Source: a virus (Duplodnaviria; Caudoviricetes). Taken from it: DNA of 64,000 nucleotides. The translations under genes were made by a program, and so were the position numbers. Location of the stretch: positions 296-64,295 of IMG/VR virus record IMGVR_UViG_3300007619_000002. One strand, 5' to 3'. Positions 37,211 to 46,682 of the stretch are shown in pieces. The notes below the pieces were generated by a model, which was not told the origin of the DNA, made no database searches, and saw only the letters and a list, made by a program, of their open reading frames with translations. Positions within the stretch are counted from its first letter, which is position 1. Every line of letters begins with the position of its first letter.

Positions 37211-37476
37211 GACGCCCTCATCACCGGCCTGCCAACACCCTTCTCCGCCCTGATCTTTCTGAGCTTCTCGCCCGTGTACTTGCCAACAGCAACAATCCCG
37301 ACATACTTCGTCGGCAGCTTTTTGGGAGTATGATCAGGGTGCCCCCGATAGGTCTCCGCCTTCCTCGCCGTACTTGTCCCGGCCTTGACCGGCACGATTG
37401 GCCTGAACAACGGCTTATACGGCTTCCGGGCCACCCCACGCTTGCTACGCGGATGAACATGGAATGGATCAATCAT
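37207..37476 (-). CDS. Basic hypothetical protein
   Basis: SD GGAGG; ATGA overlaps. Confidence 0.55.
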   Translation of the reverse strand: MIDPFHVHPRSKRGVARKPYKPLFRPIVPVKAGTSTARKAETYRGHPDHTPKKLPTKYVGIVAVGKYTGEKLRKIRAEKGVGRPVMRAS

Positions 37477-38144
37477 CGTTTCCTCCTTTGATTGCCAAGA
37501 GCAGGTTGTACACACCACGAGATGATGCGCAGGATCGCCACAACAGCCCCGTGACCGTGGCGACTGTCCACATAGCCAGTGACCGCCCCGCCGACCTCAA
37601 CCGGCTTCCTCGGCGCGCTCTGCCCGGCTGAGGGCGCTTCCATGACCAGCTCCCAGACCAGCTTCTGAAGTTCGGGCGGCATCGTCGCCATGACGTCGCG
37701 GAAACGCTCATGCGCATCCCGCTCCGATGCGCCCAGATGCTCGTAGTCCGTCCGGCTGACGTCGACCTTCGAGCCCTCATAGGAGGCGGTCAGACCACGC
37801 GAGTTCAGACCCCGGACGCCCATCGTGTACAGATGCTCCAGCACGATCATCGTCTCGGGACCGAGCTGCTTGGCGTATTTCTGCGCTGCGCCGAGAACCT
37901 GAGAATTGAACGGCAGAGCGGCGGCCTTGACGACAGCAGCAGCCTTTTCCGCCCGCTGCGGCGTGGGTTCACCGAGAGCTTCAACCTTAGGTAATGGCAC
38001 CGATTTGGATACAACCTTGCTTGGCAAGCGCTGCTGAACCGTGCTCTTCTCGACGGCCCTCAGGAAAGCGTGAAGACCCTCATTGCGGCGGATTTTTTCA
38101 TAACGGCGGCGCAGGGCGCGCGGAGCCTCTAGGACGGGTGGCAT
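37473..38144 (-). CDS. Putative late transcription regulator
   Basis: Downstream of replication genes; TASY...VD.S then helical domain resembling alphaproteobacterial phage late activators. Confidence 0.4.
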   Translation of the reverse strand: MPPVLEAPRALRRRYEKIRRNEGLHAFLRAVEKSTVQQRLPSKVVSKSVPLPKVEALGEPTPQRAEKAAAVVKAAALPFNSQVLGAAQKYAKQLGPETMIVLEHLYTMGVRGLNSRGLTASYEGSKVDVSRTDYEHLGASERDAHERFRDVMATMPPELQKLVWELVMEAPSAGQSAPRKPVEVGGAVTGYVDSRHGHGAVVAILRIISWCVQPALGNQRRKR

Positions 38145-38536
38145 GGGAAGAACCTCCCGCATTTGTACAGCCAGATCGAAGACCCACTCGTGGCAAGCCC
38201 GATCCCCACCAATGCCGCTGCCACATACAGCGGCGGACCAGCCAGAATGACCGCCCCGGTCATCGCCGCGATCGCCGCCATGTCGATCGCATCATCGACG
38301 CGGCTCTTCAGGGCGTTCACATCGTTGAGCATGGCGCGCTGCTTGGTGAGCAGCTTGACGAACGGTTCCTCATGCGACTTCGGCGTCATGACCTTCTCGA
38401 TCCGATAACTGGCCCGGTGCACCTCCAGCCGGGTGATGGCCTGCGACAGCTCATTGGCCCAGCCGCTCAAAATGACGACCCAGACACCGACAGCGAACAC
38501 GAAAGCGGAAACTGTCCCGCGAAACCAGTCCGGCAT
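38129..38536 (-). CDS. Membrane protein
   Basis: Three hydrophobic segments. Confidence 0.5.
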   Translation of the reverse strand: MPDWFRGTVSAFVFAVGVWVVILSGWANELSQAITRLEVHRASYRIEKVMTPKSHEEPFVKLLTKQRAMLNDVNALKSRVDDAIDMAAIAAMTGAVILAGPPLYVAAALVGIGLATSGSSIWLYKCGRFFPCHPS

Positions 38537-40011
38537 TACCGCGCCCCCCAACCGGGCTCCAGCAGATCCCAGCCCTTCCCCGCAACGCGAAACCTCTTCT
38601 TGATCGCATCGTGCTCCAGCTCGTACAGCGCTGGCTTGCCCATGGTTTCATGATCCTTCAGTTTTTCCAAATGACACAAGGTCGGCAGCTCCCCATCGAT
38701 GTCACTTTTACCCTTAAACCAGATCGTCCGCTTTGGCTTCCAGAACACCATGCCAATATCCGCTTTATTGCCCCAATGTTGCGAACCAGACATATCCGAC
38801 AAATGCAGCGCCTCGCCTTCCCGCATGCTGCGATACGCATCCTTCGGCGGATGCCCGCAGGCAATAAACTGAAGCTTGTACTGATCGGCCAACTTCTTGC
38901 ACTCGATAATGAACTCCCCCCAATACTGACTTTCATTTTTCGCAATCGAATGATCCAGCTCATTGATCGGATCAAGGGCAACGACTTTCACGCCGTCCCG
39001 GCGCGCGGCCAGCTCAACGAACGCGAGGAAATCCTTCGGCGTCATGTTCGAGCCCCACGGTCGCTGCAAGAACAGCCCCGCCCGCTCGATCTCACGATCC
39101 GCAAGGATCACCGTTTCCTCCGTCCATTGCGACTTCGGCAAGCCGGACTGGAGCACCCGGAAATGATCGGCAACCCGATCCATCAACGGCTCTTCAAGGC
39201 AGGTCAGCAAAAACGGAAACCCGTTTGCCTTCCACTGCGCCCACAGATACTGCCGCAGAAAAACCGACTTGCCACAATGGTACGGCCCCATCATCACCAT
39301 GAAACTGGGCAGCTCGATATTGAGGTCTATCCCGTGTATCGCTCCGGAATAGACCCGCGCTTCGCGGCGCGGCGCTTCGCTGATCCGATGCAGGAAATTG
39401 TTCCACATCGGCTTGGCGGCCATGATCTCATTGGCCAGCGCCGTCGCGCCCTCCTCGATGAGCTGATCGTTGGCGTCCTTACAGCCTTCCGGCCAGCTCA
39501 CCCAGTAGCACAAATCGGCCCCGAGCCGGATCGCCAGCTCCTCCCGCAAGATCCGCCCCTTGGCATCGCCGTCGACAGCCAACACGAATTTCTTGAATTT
39601 CGCCAATTGCGGAATAATCTCACCCGAATGGGTGAACAGGTATTTGTAGCGCTTGTCGCCCTCCTCGTCGGCCGAGGCCGGAGCCCCGTTCGGCACGCTG
39701 ACAACCCGCGTAAACCCGGCCTGAATGCAGGCCACGCCGTCCAGCTCCCCTTCGGTGATGACCACGAACTCGTCCGGGTCAGAGTCTGACGTCAGGCAAT
39801 CGAGGTTCCACAGGATCAGATCCTTGCCGGTCTGCTCCCATGGCATGTTGCCCTTGCCGCGCCGCAGCTTGGTGTTATGAACGGCCCCGGCCAAACGATA
39901 ATCGATGGCCAGAGCCCCCGCCTTGCTGTGAATGCCAAGCCCTTCGCATAGCCGCGGGTCCAGTTTCCTGTCTCGCATTCTGGCGGCGTGCGCTGCTGTC
40001 AGACCCGTCAA
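38536..40011 (-). CDS. Primase (TOPRIM)-SF4 helicase, T7 gp4/Twinkle-like
   Basis: ITEGELD, VSVPNGA, D.D..G, CKDAND, Walker A G....GKS, LDP, HP.K, GS..W.NKAD. Confidence 0.9.
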   Translation of the reverse strand: MTGLTAAHAARMRDRKLDPRLCEGLGIHSKAGALAIDYRLAGAVHNTKLRRGKGNMPWEQTGKDLILWNLDCLTSDSDPDEFVVITEGELDGVACIQAGFTRVVSVPNGAPASADEEGDKRYKYLFTHSGEIIPQLAKFKKFVLAVDGDAKGRILREELAIRLGADLCYWVSWPEGCKDANDQLIEEGATALANEIMAAKPMWNNFLHRISEAPRREARVYSGAIHGIDLNIELPSFMVMMGPYHCGKSVFLRQYLWAQWKANGFPFLLTCLEEPLMDRVADHFRVLQSGLPKSQWTEETVILADREIERAGLFLQRPWGSNMTPKDFLAFVELAARRDGVKVVALDPINELDHSIAKNESQYWGEFIIECKKLADQYKLQFIACGHPPKDAYRSMREGEALHLSDMSGSQHWGNKADIGMVFWKPKRTIWFKGKSDIDGELPTLCHLEKLKDHETMGKPALYELEHDAIKKRFRVAGKGWDLLEPGWGAR

Positions 40012-40210
40012 TTCGAAACCCTCCCTTGAAATCGCAATGATTGCAGCCCCAGCTCACCCATTCGTCATCGATCAGAACACCCAGCACCGGCTTGCGCTGC
40101 TTCGCCTTGCTACGCCTGTCGGCCGAGCACTCCGGGCAAAGCACGTACTGATGCGGCCTGACCGAACGGATCTGGATGCCGCGCTCGGATAGTCGCTCGA
40201 TGATTGTCAT
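39875..40210 (-). CDS. Primase zinc-binding domain encoded in a separate frame
   Basis: CPECS..R.....L.V.ID....W.C.HC.FKG = Twinkle-type ZBD. Confidence 0.75.
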   Translation of the reverse strand: MTIIERLSERGIQIRSVRPHQYVLCPECSADRRSKAKQRKPVLGVLIDDEWVSWGCNHCDFKGGFRIDGSDSSARRQNARQETGPAAMRRAWHSQQGGGSGHRLSFGRGRS

Positions 40211-40211
40211 G

Positions 40212-41126
40212 TCAAATATTCACGTGGCCCCACTTTCGCTCCCACGCCTCCTCAGCACTGATTTCCGCCTCGGTCTCCCAGCGCCTGCCATTCAGCCATG
40301 TCGTGACGTGAGGGATGTACTTGGCTTCCTTGCCGACCGAATTGCATTTCCACGCCTTGGCCCCTTCGAGGGCGAGCTGCCGCTCAGCCTCCGGCAACTT
40401 CCACCACGACTGGTACGCTTTCAGCTTCGAACCGCGCCTTGCCGGACAGGCTGCCCAGAACTCATCGAATTCGGTGCAGTAACCCGGAGGTGGTGACTTT
40501 GGTTTTTTGCAACCAGAGCGTGTGCCGCCGCCCGACTCAGTTTGAGTCGTCGATTCAGGTTTGCGGCCCAAGGAAGGGTCAGCAGGTCGGGCTCCGTTGT
40601 CGCCCTCTTCTGGTTCGATGGGTGGCATTTTCAAACCCCCTGACCGACAAGATTCTGAACGTAGTGAAGAATCTGAATCTTCTTTTCTAGATTCTAGATT
40701 CTTTTCTTTATAGCTGTGCGGATTGTGTGCGGATTGTGTGCTAAACCTTGTGCGATTTTGCTCTTCATACACATCTTCAAGCTTACCATTTTTCGTTTGG
40801 CAACAAACAGTTATCTGTGTTCTTGGTGCCGAACGATTGTGTGCGCGACTGGGTAAGGTTTCGATCAGGATGAGAAACGCTTTTTCCATGCGTTTCCAGA
40901 CCCTCATGACCTTGTCTCTGGACACCTTCAGGGCGTCTGCAACGGCCTGTGCCGCTGTCACAGTTTGGCCCTTGGCAAGAGCAAAAAGCTCGCCGCCAAC
41001 AGCAAGGGTGCCGTCCTTCTTCATGGTGTGGCGAAGGGTATACAGGGCGATCCGCAGTCGATCGTGATTGCCAAAATAGTAGGGATCGTCGATGATCAGA
41101 TCTGGGGTGAGTGAGAATGTGCACAT
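40212..41126 (-). CDS. Phage replication initiator protein
   Basis: N-terminal wHTH, low-complexity linker, C-terminal F.EFW...P...K..A...W...YIPH..TWLN.RRWE. Confidence 0.75.
   Translation of the reverse strand: MCTFSLTPDLIIDDPYYFGNHDRLRIALYTLRHTMKKDGTLAVGGELFALAKGQTVTAAQAVADALKVSRDKVMRVWKRMEKAFLILIETLPSRAHNRSAPRTQITVCCQTKNGKLEDVYEEQNRTRFSTQSAHNPHSYKEKNLESRKEDSDSSLRSESCRSGGLKMPPIEPEEGDNGARPADPSLGRKPESTTQTESGGGTRSGCKKPKSPPPGYCTEFDEFWAACPARRGSKLKAYQSWWKLPEAERQLALEGAKAWKCNSVGKEAKYIPHVTTWLNGRRWETEAEISAEEAWERKWGHVNI
40651..40847. repeat. Putative replication origin (iterons plus AT-rich tract) inside initiator gene
   Basis: TGTGCGGATTG x2 plus TGTGC and TGTGCGATT (40715-40758), GATTGTGTGCG near 40835; adjacent AT-rich TTCTAGATTCTAGATTC tract. 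Confidence 0.55.
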
Positions 41127-41127
41127 G

Positions 41128-41472
41128 TCAGCATCCTCCCTTCTTGCATCTTGAGCACTGATGGATTTTCTTGCCGTTGGAAATCCATTGCTGCGGAGTG
41201 ACGTTCTCCCCGACGTAGGCTCCACATGATGGACATTTCGCTTCATATGTCTGTCTGCAATAAGCGTCGTGATCTTCTACCGACATCTCGTGCAGACGAG
41301 CATCCAGCTCCTGCCAATTCGCAGCCTCTGCGGCCCATTCCATCGGGAATGCCTGCATTCCAGATGAGCCAGCAAACGAAAATATGATGTTGAGGGATCT
41401 TAGGTGCTCTGTGACACGCATAATTTCTTCAAAAGAAGGCTTGCGCGCAGCCGCATCCGTGGCTATATTCAT
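41128..41472 (-). CDS. Zn-ribbon hypothetical protein
   Basis: CPSC...CSRC. Confidence 0.55.
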   Translation of the reverse strand: MNIATDAAARKPSFEEIMRVTEHLRSLNIIFSFAGSSGMQAFPMEWAAEAANWQELDARLHEMSVEDHDAYCRQTYEAKCPSCGAYVGENVTPQQWISNGKKIHQCSRCKKGGC

Positions 41473-41727
41473 AGCGGATGTCCTTGGTTTTGAGGGGGGA
41501 GTTCGGTTCACGCCGACTCCCCCGTTGCGTTTGGGGAGCCTAGCAAACTGAACGGCTAAGAGTCCAGCGTCTTGGGACTTGAAATCTGATCTGACATCGT
41601 ATACATATCCTTCTGTTCGTATGTTGCATCTCGCCCCAGCGCGAGGTGCCGGTCGTGAGCAGGAATTGTTACCTCCAGCTCGAATGGGAACCCCAGTCGC
41701 TCGTAAGGCTTCTGGGGTTTTCCATTT

Positions 41728-42168
41728 TCACAAGAGGTCAAAGCTCACCTCCACACCGGCCGCCTCGGCAATGTCCTTCAACTTGTTGGCCTGCTTCTCG
41801 CTCAAGCTGCGCCGCTTGCGCAGGCTGGTCACGAAGCTTGTTTCCCAATCGTTCAGCTCGATCGCATCCTCGATCTCATCGAGAAGCGTGTTGAGCTGCG
41901 CGTTGAACGGGGGTGTCTGTCTGCTGGTCTTGGGGCCGCTCGCCTTCCAGCTCTGGCCGCTTGAATAAGCCGGAGCGCCATTCAGCGCCGCCGTCACGTC
42001 GGCCCACGCCAGTCCGGCGTCCCTGAGCATGGCCGTGCCCGCACGGGCGGCATTGGCGGCCTCGCCGGATGCATTGGACCCAAGCATGCCGAGAATGGCC
42101 GTGAACCGCTGCTTGCGCTTGGGATCAGCCAAAAATTGTTGGATTGTCAGGGAAGTTTTTGCTTGCAT
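41728..42168 (-). CDS. Hypothetical protein
   Basis: LG.LGS...GE..NAA; L..WE..F..S......LS.KQ...L; SD AAGGAG. Confidence 0.7.
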   Translation of the reverse strand: MQAKTSLTIQQFLADPKRKQRFTAILGMLGSNASGEAANAARAGTAMLRDAGLAWADVTAALNGAPAYSSGQSWKASGPKTSRQTPPFNAQLNTLLDEIEDAIELNDWETSFVTSLRKRRSLSEKQANKLKDIAEAAGVEVSFDLL

Positions 42169-42278
42169 GGCCGCTCCTTCGGGGCTATGAAGGAGCCGAA
42201 GACGGCCCCCTGCATGGGTTGCTCTCTGTGGAATCGCGTGAGCTTTGGCGGGCGTAGCGATCCAACTTTTTCCAGAAG

Positions 42279-42308
42279 ACCCTCGTCCTTCGGGCGGGGG
42301 TTTTTCTG
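42279..42308 (+). terminator. Intrinsic terminator
   Basis: CCCTCGTCC-TTCG-GGCGGGGG-TTTTTCT. Confidence 0.55.
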
Positions 42309-42453
42309 TTGAGCCCCTCTTACTGCCGACTCCCCTCCGCTGTCAATCCTTCTTCTGCCATAATCCACCGCCCCTGTGCCCGCGCGGCCACCACGGTCTT
42401 CGGGCCGCATGATAATCTGCCCGGCCCGAAACACGTAATTTTGCGACACACAG

Positions 42454-43707
42454 GTGCCGACCCTCGTGCGACCCTTATCCGACCCATCCGACCGACCGCC
42501 GACCTACCGCCGACCCACGAGGGTCGGAGGGTCGGTGTCGTTGATATTATTGAGAAATCTAGTTGTGGGCCTTCTGGCCGCAGCGACCCTCCTATGGAGC
42601 CTGATCTACAATCTCAAGTCCAAGCTTCCGGAGGTCGGTCGGGGGTCGGTCTGGTCGGTCGGGCCGACCGAGATGGTTGTTCCGATCCTCGCTGTCATTC
42701 TGCTGGCCGCATCCTTTCATGCACTGGTCAGGTTCTGGACTGACCGCAATTTCGTGGGCATCATTGGCTCGATAGTAATGGTTGCAATTATGTTTGGATA
42801 CACGTTTAAGGCTGCCTACGAAGCCAACGCGATGATTCGAGAGGGGGCGCGGCAGGAGGCCGCCAATAAAAATGGCGGCGGTGATCGCAAGGCAAAACGG
42901 GAGCAGGAAATTAACGAGGAGATCCGCAGCCTCCGGCTTCAGCTTGATCGCAACGATACGCCTGCCTCCATTGAGGCCGAAATCAACAAATATTTGCAAG
43001 ATCCCAGAACGGAAGGCTGCAAGCCCGGTACTCTATGGAACGGTCCAGTGACGAAACAAATTTGCCCAATCGTCGGCGACCTGCGCATCAAGAAAGTCAA
43101 GGCTCAGCGTGTTGAGGATCTGATGGCCGAGCGCCAGAAAATCTGGAGTGCAATCACCAAGATTGAAGAATCGAAGGGCGATGTCGACCCGCGCACCAAA
43201 TATGTGGAAATCCTGCGGGTCCTTGCCATGGGGACTTCAGACGAACGCGATCAGCTCAATGATGCCGACGTGGTGATTGCCGTTTCGGCGATCTGGGAAT
43301 CCCTTGCTGCCGAATTGGCTGCCATGGCCGGGCCGTCCCTTGTGATATTTCTGCTTGGCGGATTTACTCCACTTCCATCACCGTCAATACGTGAACCTTT
43401 GTCCGAACCGGAAATTCAAGATGCTCCAGCATCTGACGTACCAGTCGTACTGGTGAACCCCGTATTCAGGCGTTGGTCACATGAACGACTGGAGTGGGGC
43501 ACAGAATTTGGCGAAGGCGCGACCTCGCTGCAAGAAGATTTCAAGCAGTGGTGTCGCCAGAACGATCTTCCGCTGACTGGCCGCTGGGCGCAGCAATTTT
43601 CGGCCGATCTGAAAGCTATTGGTCTGATCTGGACAAAACCAAAAACGGTCGTTTATCAAGGCGCGCGACTGAAATCAGTCAGTCGCGAACTTAAGGTTGT
43701 AAAATGA
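42454..43707 (+). CDS. Multi-TM coiled-coil protein with C-terminal winged helix; start uncertain
   Basis: 3 N-terminal TM, coiled coil, TM, then F..W.....L..DF..WC.......F...L...G resembling the D5-type C-terminal wHTH. Confidence 0.6.
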   Translation: MPTLVRPLSDPSDRPPTYRRPTRVGGSVSLILLRNLVVGLLAAATLLWSLIYNLKSKLPEVGRGSVWSVGPTEMVVPILAVILLAASFHALVRFWTDRNFVGIIGSIVMVAIMFGYTFKAAYEANAMIREGARQEAANKNGGGDRKAKREQEINEEIRSLRLQLDRNDTPASIEAEINKYLQDPRTEGCKPGTLWNGPVTKQICPIVGDLRIKKVKAQRVEDLMAERQKIWSAITKIEESKGDVDPRTKYVEILRVLAMGTSDERDQLNDADVVIAVSAIWESLAAELAAMAGPSLVIFLLGGFTPLPSPSIREPLSEPEIQDAPASDVPVVLVNPVFRRWSHERLEWGTEFGEGATSLQEDFKQWCRQNDLPLTGRWAQQFSADLKAIGLIWTKPKTVVYQGARLKSVSRELKVVK

Positions 43708-43964
43708 ACTGGCTTTTGATTTTGGTTGTTTTCAACACGCAAGTTGAAATGAAGTTCGTCACGAAAGAACAGTGTTTGGGCGCTGTAAGTTTTCTGAACC
43801 CACTAGCTAATGAATCCAATAGGTGGCCGTGTGCCATTTGCCTGCCGCCTGATGTGAAATATCAGGTTGAGAGTGAATCTGGCGGCAATGCAAATTTGAA
43901 TTACACGGGACAATGTGATCTGCGGGAATATCGCAAGGAGCTTAAACGTCAACTTTCTGAATAA
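43704..43964 (+). CDS. Small Cys-containing protein, low GC
   Basis: ATGA overlap; W.LIL...F.T.E.C motif. Confidence 0.55.
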   Translation: MNWLLILVVFNTQVEMKFVTKEQCLGAVSFLNPLANESNRWPCAICLPPDVKYQVESESGGNANLNYTGQCDLREYRKELKRQLSE

Positions 43965-44316
43965 TAACAACACTTCCCTCCAGATCGGGATTATAGCCGG
44001 AGGAGACTCGGCGCACGGTCTCGCGCGTGTCGCCTTCGATGATGTTCATCTTGACCAGCACGTCCTCGACGGCCTTGATATAGTTCGAAACGTCGGCGTT
44101 CCTGCGCAGCTCGCCACGCCATAGCGTCAGGGTGACTGGTCCTTCGAATTTCGGCGGCCGCTGAATCATGATCTCGGCCATGGCCGCCTTTTCCCATTTC
44201 GTATAGGCTGCCGACTTGATCCGGTGCTTCACCCGATCACCGGCCCCGGCGTTCCGAAACAGCGTGTTCACGCTCGGAGGCGTGGGGAAGGACAGCTTGA
44301 AAGTCTGGCCGGGCAT
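43942..44316 (-). CDS. rusA: RusA-family Holliday junction resolvase
   Basis: PPSVN, R..D.SN..KA.ED.L....I.GD. Confidence 0.85.
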   Translation of the reverse strand: MPGQTFKLSFPTPPSVNTLFRNAGAGDRVKHRIKSAAYTKWEKAAMAEIMIQRPPKFEGPVTLTLWRGELRRNADVSNYIKAVEDVLVKMNIIEGDTRETVRRVSSGYNPDLEGSVVIIQKVDV

Positions 44317-44379
44317 GGGGGTTGACACCTATGTAAAATGTGCGTAGGTAATGTTCCAGCAAAAGGTAACACCTGACCC

Positions 44380-45237
44380 ATGGACTCCTTCGACGAATGC
44401 GGAATTCGCTATCTGACCCCATCGAGCATCAACGCCTTCCGCGACAACCCGGCTTACTGGGTGATGCGGTTCCTCTATGGCGTGCAGACGACATCGCCTG
44501 CCTTCATTCGCTCGATCGCGGTGAAGGCCGGAGTCAAGTCGATGCTCTATGAAAGGAAGCTCGGGCACGCAGAGGATCGCGCTCTGGAGACGTTCCAGCA
44601 TCGGATTGGCGTCTCCGGGATGGACTGGGAAGATCCGGGCGTGCAGGATGAATATGATAACGTTTTACCTATGTTCGATTTGGCAGTCAAGGCCCTAGAT
44701 GGGCTTGGCCTGATAAAAATGCCCACGGCCATGGACATGCCCACCCATGTCTGGGCTGACGGCGTAACGGCCCCGTTCCTGTCATCGCCCGACATTGTCT
44801 ACGAGGATTGCGTGGTCGATCTGAAGCCCACCAAGCGTTGCCCGTCCAAATTGCCCTTCCGGGATCTGGCTGCCATGGCCATCCACAGCCGGGCGCGCGA
44901 GGGCGTCGTCATTCATAACATCTACGCCACGAACAAGAAGTACGCCTCTTACGCGCCGCTGCCATCCCAGCTCGATGAGGCATGGGCCGATCTGGTCACT
45001 GATGCATTTGCGCTACAGACCTTCGTGTTTTCGGCAGAGAGCCGTGAGCACGCGCTTGCCATGACCCCGCTGAACCGGGATCACTTCTATTGGAGCGATG
45101 AGAGCCTTGAGAAGGCTCGCTCCATCCTCAAGCTGACACAGGAGAGAATGCATGGCCTTAACAATGCCGCAGGCACCCGGAGACTTCGAGCGCCCGGAAC
45201 CGGGGACCCATTTGGGGATATGCTACCAGATCATTGA
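44380..45237 (+). CDS. PD-(D/E)XK exonuclease-like protein
   Basis: L.PSSIN.F..P..W, PD...DLK. Confidence 0.65.
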   Translation: MDSFDECGIRYLTPSSINAFRDNPAYWVMRFLYGVQTTSPAFIRSIAVKAGVKSMLYERKLGHAEDRALETFQHRIGVSGMDWEDPGVQDEYDNVLPMFDLAVKALDGLGLIKMPTAMDMPTHVWADGVTAPFLSSPDIVYEDCVVDLKPTKRCPSKLPFRDLAAMAIHSRAREGVVIHNIYATNKKYASYAPLPSQLDEAWADLVTDAFALQTFVFSAESREHALAMTPLNRDHFYWSDESLEKARSILKLTQERMHGLNNAAGTRRLRAPGTGDPFGDMLPDH

Positions 45238-45772
45238 TCTTGGCACGCAGGACGTCACCTTCAACGGCGAGGCGAAGAAGCAGCACAAGATTCAGGTCTT
45301 CTGGGAGCTGCCAAACTCGAAGATGGACGATGGGCGGCCGATGATGGTGTCGAAGCGCTACACCTTCTCGTCATCCTCGAACGGGCATTTGAGGAAGGAC
45401 CTCGAAAGCTGGCGGGCCAAAGCCTACACCGATGAAGAGATTGCGGGCGTCGACATCACCAAGCTGCTGGGTGTCCCGGCGCTGCTGACCATCACCAACG
45501 AGGAAAAGAACGGCAAGACCTACACCAACGTCGAGACGGTCTCGAAGCTGATGAAGGGCACGGCCGTTCCGGACCGCCACAATCCGACGGCTTATCTGGC
45601 GCTCGATCCCGGTCAGTTCGATCAGGCGGTCTTCGATGGGCTGTCCGATTTCTTCAAGGACATGATCCGCAAGTCGCCGGAGTATCAGGAGGTGATCGGC
45701 GGGGCCGTGCAGCAGGCGGGCGGTGGCCAACAGTCATCTGAAGAATTTCTGGATGACAATTTGCCCTTCTAG
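45152..45772 (+). CDS. Single-stranded DNA-binding protein
   Basis: G.H...C..IIDLGTQ, L..DL.SW, LLG....L; acidic aromatic tail DDNLPF. Confidence 0.75.
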   Translation: MALTMPQAPGDFERPEPGTHLGICYQIIDLGTQDVTFNGEAKKQHKIQVFWELPNSKMDDGRPMMVSKRYTFSSSSNGHLRKDLESWRAKAYTDEEIAGVDITKLLGVPALLTITNEEKNGKTYTNVETVSKLMKGTAVPDRHNPTAYLALDPGQFDQAVFDGLSDFFKDMIRKSPEYQEVIGGAVQQAGGGQQSSEEFLDDNLPF

Positions 45773-45784
45773 AGAGTGGAGGCC

Positions 45785-46003
45785 ATGAAACGAGATCGTC
45801 GTCCCGCTGATGATGCGCGGGATCTTCAGAATATCGAGGTCGCCCGTGCCGCGGTCCTCAGGCAGACAAAGGGCCAGCAGATCACATCTGGCCTGATACT
45901 CTGTCCGATTTGTGAAAAAGCGAACCTGAGGTACTTCCTTCTTCACAACGGGACGATGCACGGCCATTGTAATTCTGACAAATGTGTGAGTTGGATGGAA
46001 TAA
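45785..46003 (+). CDS. Zn-finger protein
   Basis: CPIC...C....C; SD GGAGG. Confidence 0.6.
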   Translation: MKRDRRPADDARDLQNIEVARAAVLRQTKGQQITSGLILCPICEKANLRYFLLHNGTMHGHCNSDKCVSWME

Positions 46004-46079
46004 TGCTGGAAGCAGCGCTTGGTCAACTTGCTGGGATTGCCCTGTTTTTCGTAATTATCTGGACAATTAGCGTGCTGAG

Positions 46080-46682
46080 ATGAAAGAGGTCTTCCTTCGG
46101 AACAGGGGTGCGGCACTCACTGCGATAGATGAGGACGGAGAGACAGCCCTCCGGTCGTATCCGATCGGTGCGGTGCTGAGAGTGAAGCTGACCCAGCCGC
46201 GCTCTCTGCCGCACCACAATTTCTTTTTCGCCTTTCTGGAGGAAGTTTATCTCGGTTGGCCGTTCGAGACACACCCGTTCCAGCCGGACGATAGCGAGCA
46301 CTTGCGCGCATGGCTGACGGTGAAGGCCGGGTACATGCAGATGATGGAGTTCGAGGTGCCCGACGGGCCGACCGTGTCAGCCGCGATCAAGGTCGCCAAG
46401 GGCGTCGTCTTCCAGTTCTCGGGCGGCAGGCCGATCTGGTTCAAGGTTGTCGGCCACAAGATCTTCGCGGCATGGCCGAAATCCATCAAGTTCACGAAGA
46501 TGGACGAAAAAGAATTCATAGAATTCACGACCAAGGTTTTTGATCTTATCTGGTCTGAGGTCGGTATTGATGTGGAGGAGCATTACCGTGAATGGCAGAA
46601 CAAAAACGGAAGCCTACAAGTGGTTCCTGCCAGATCCGCGGAAAAGCCTGACGGACAATCAGCGGGCCTCTATTTTTCTTAG
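46080..46682 (+). CDS. DUF1367/NinB-like recombination protein
   Basis: PRS..HH..FFA, LR.WL.V.AG, PKSI.F.KMD..EF. Confidence 0.75.
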   Translation: MKEVFLRNRGAALTAIDEDGETALRSYPIGAVLRVKLTQPRSLPHHNFFFAFLEEVYLGWPFETHPFQPDDSEHLRAWLTVKAGYMQMMEFEVPDGPTVSAAIKVAKGVVFQFSGGRPIWFKVVGHKIFAAWPKSIKFTKMDEKEFIEFTTKVFDLIWSEVGIDVEEHYREWQNKNGSLQVVPARSAEKPDGQSAGLYFS

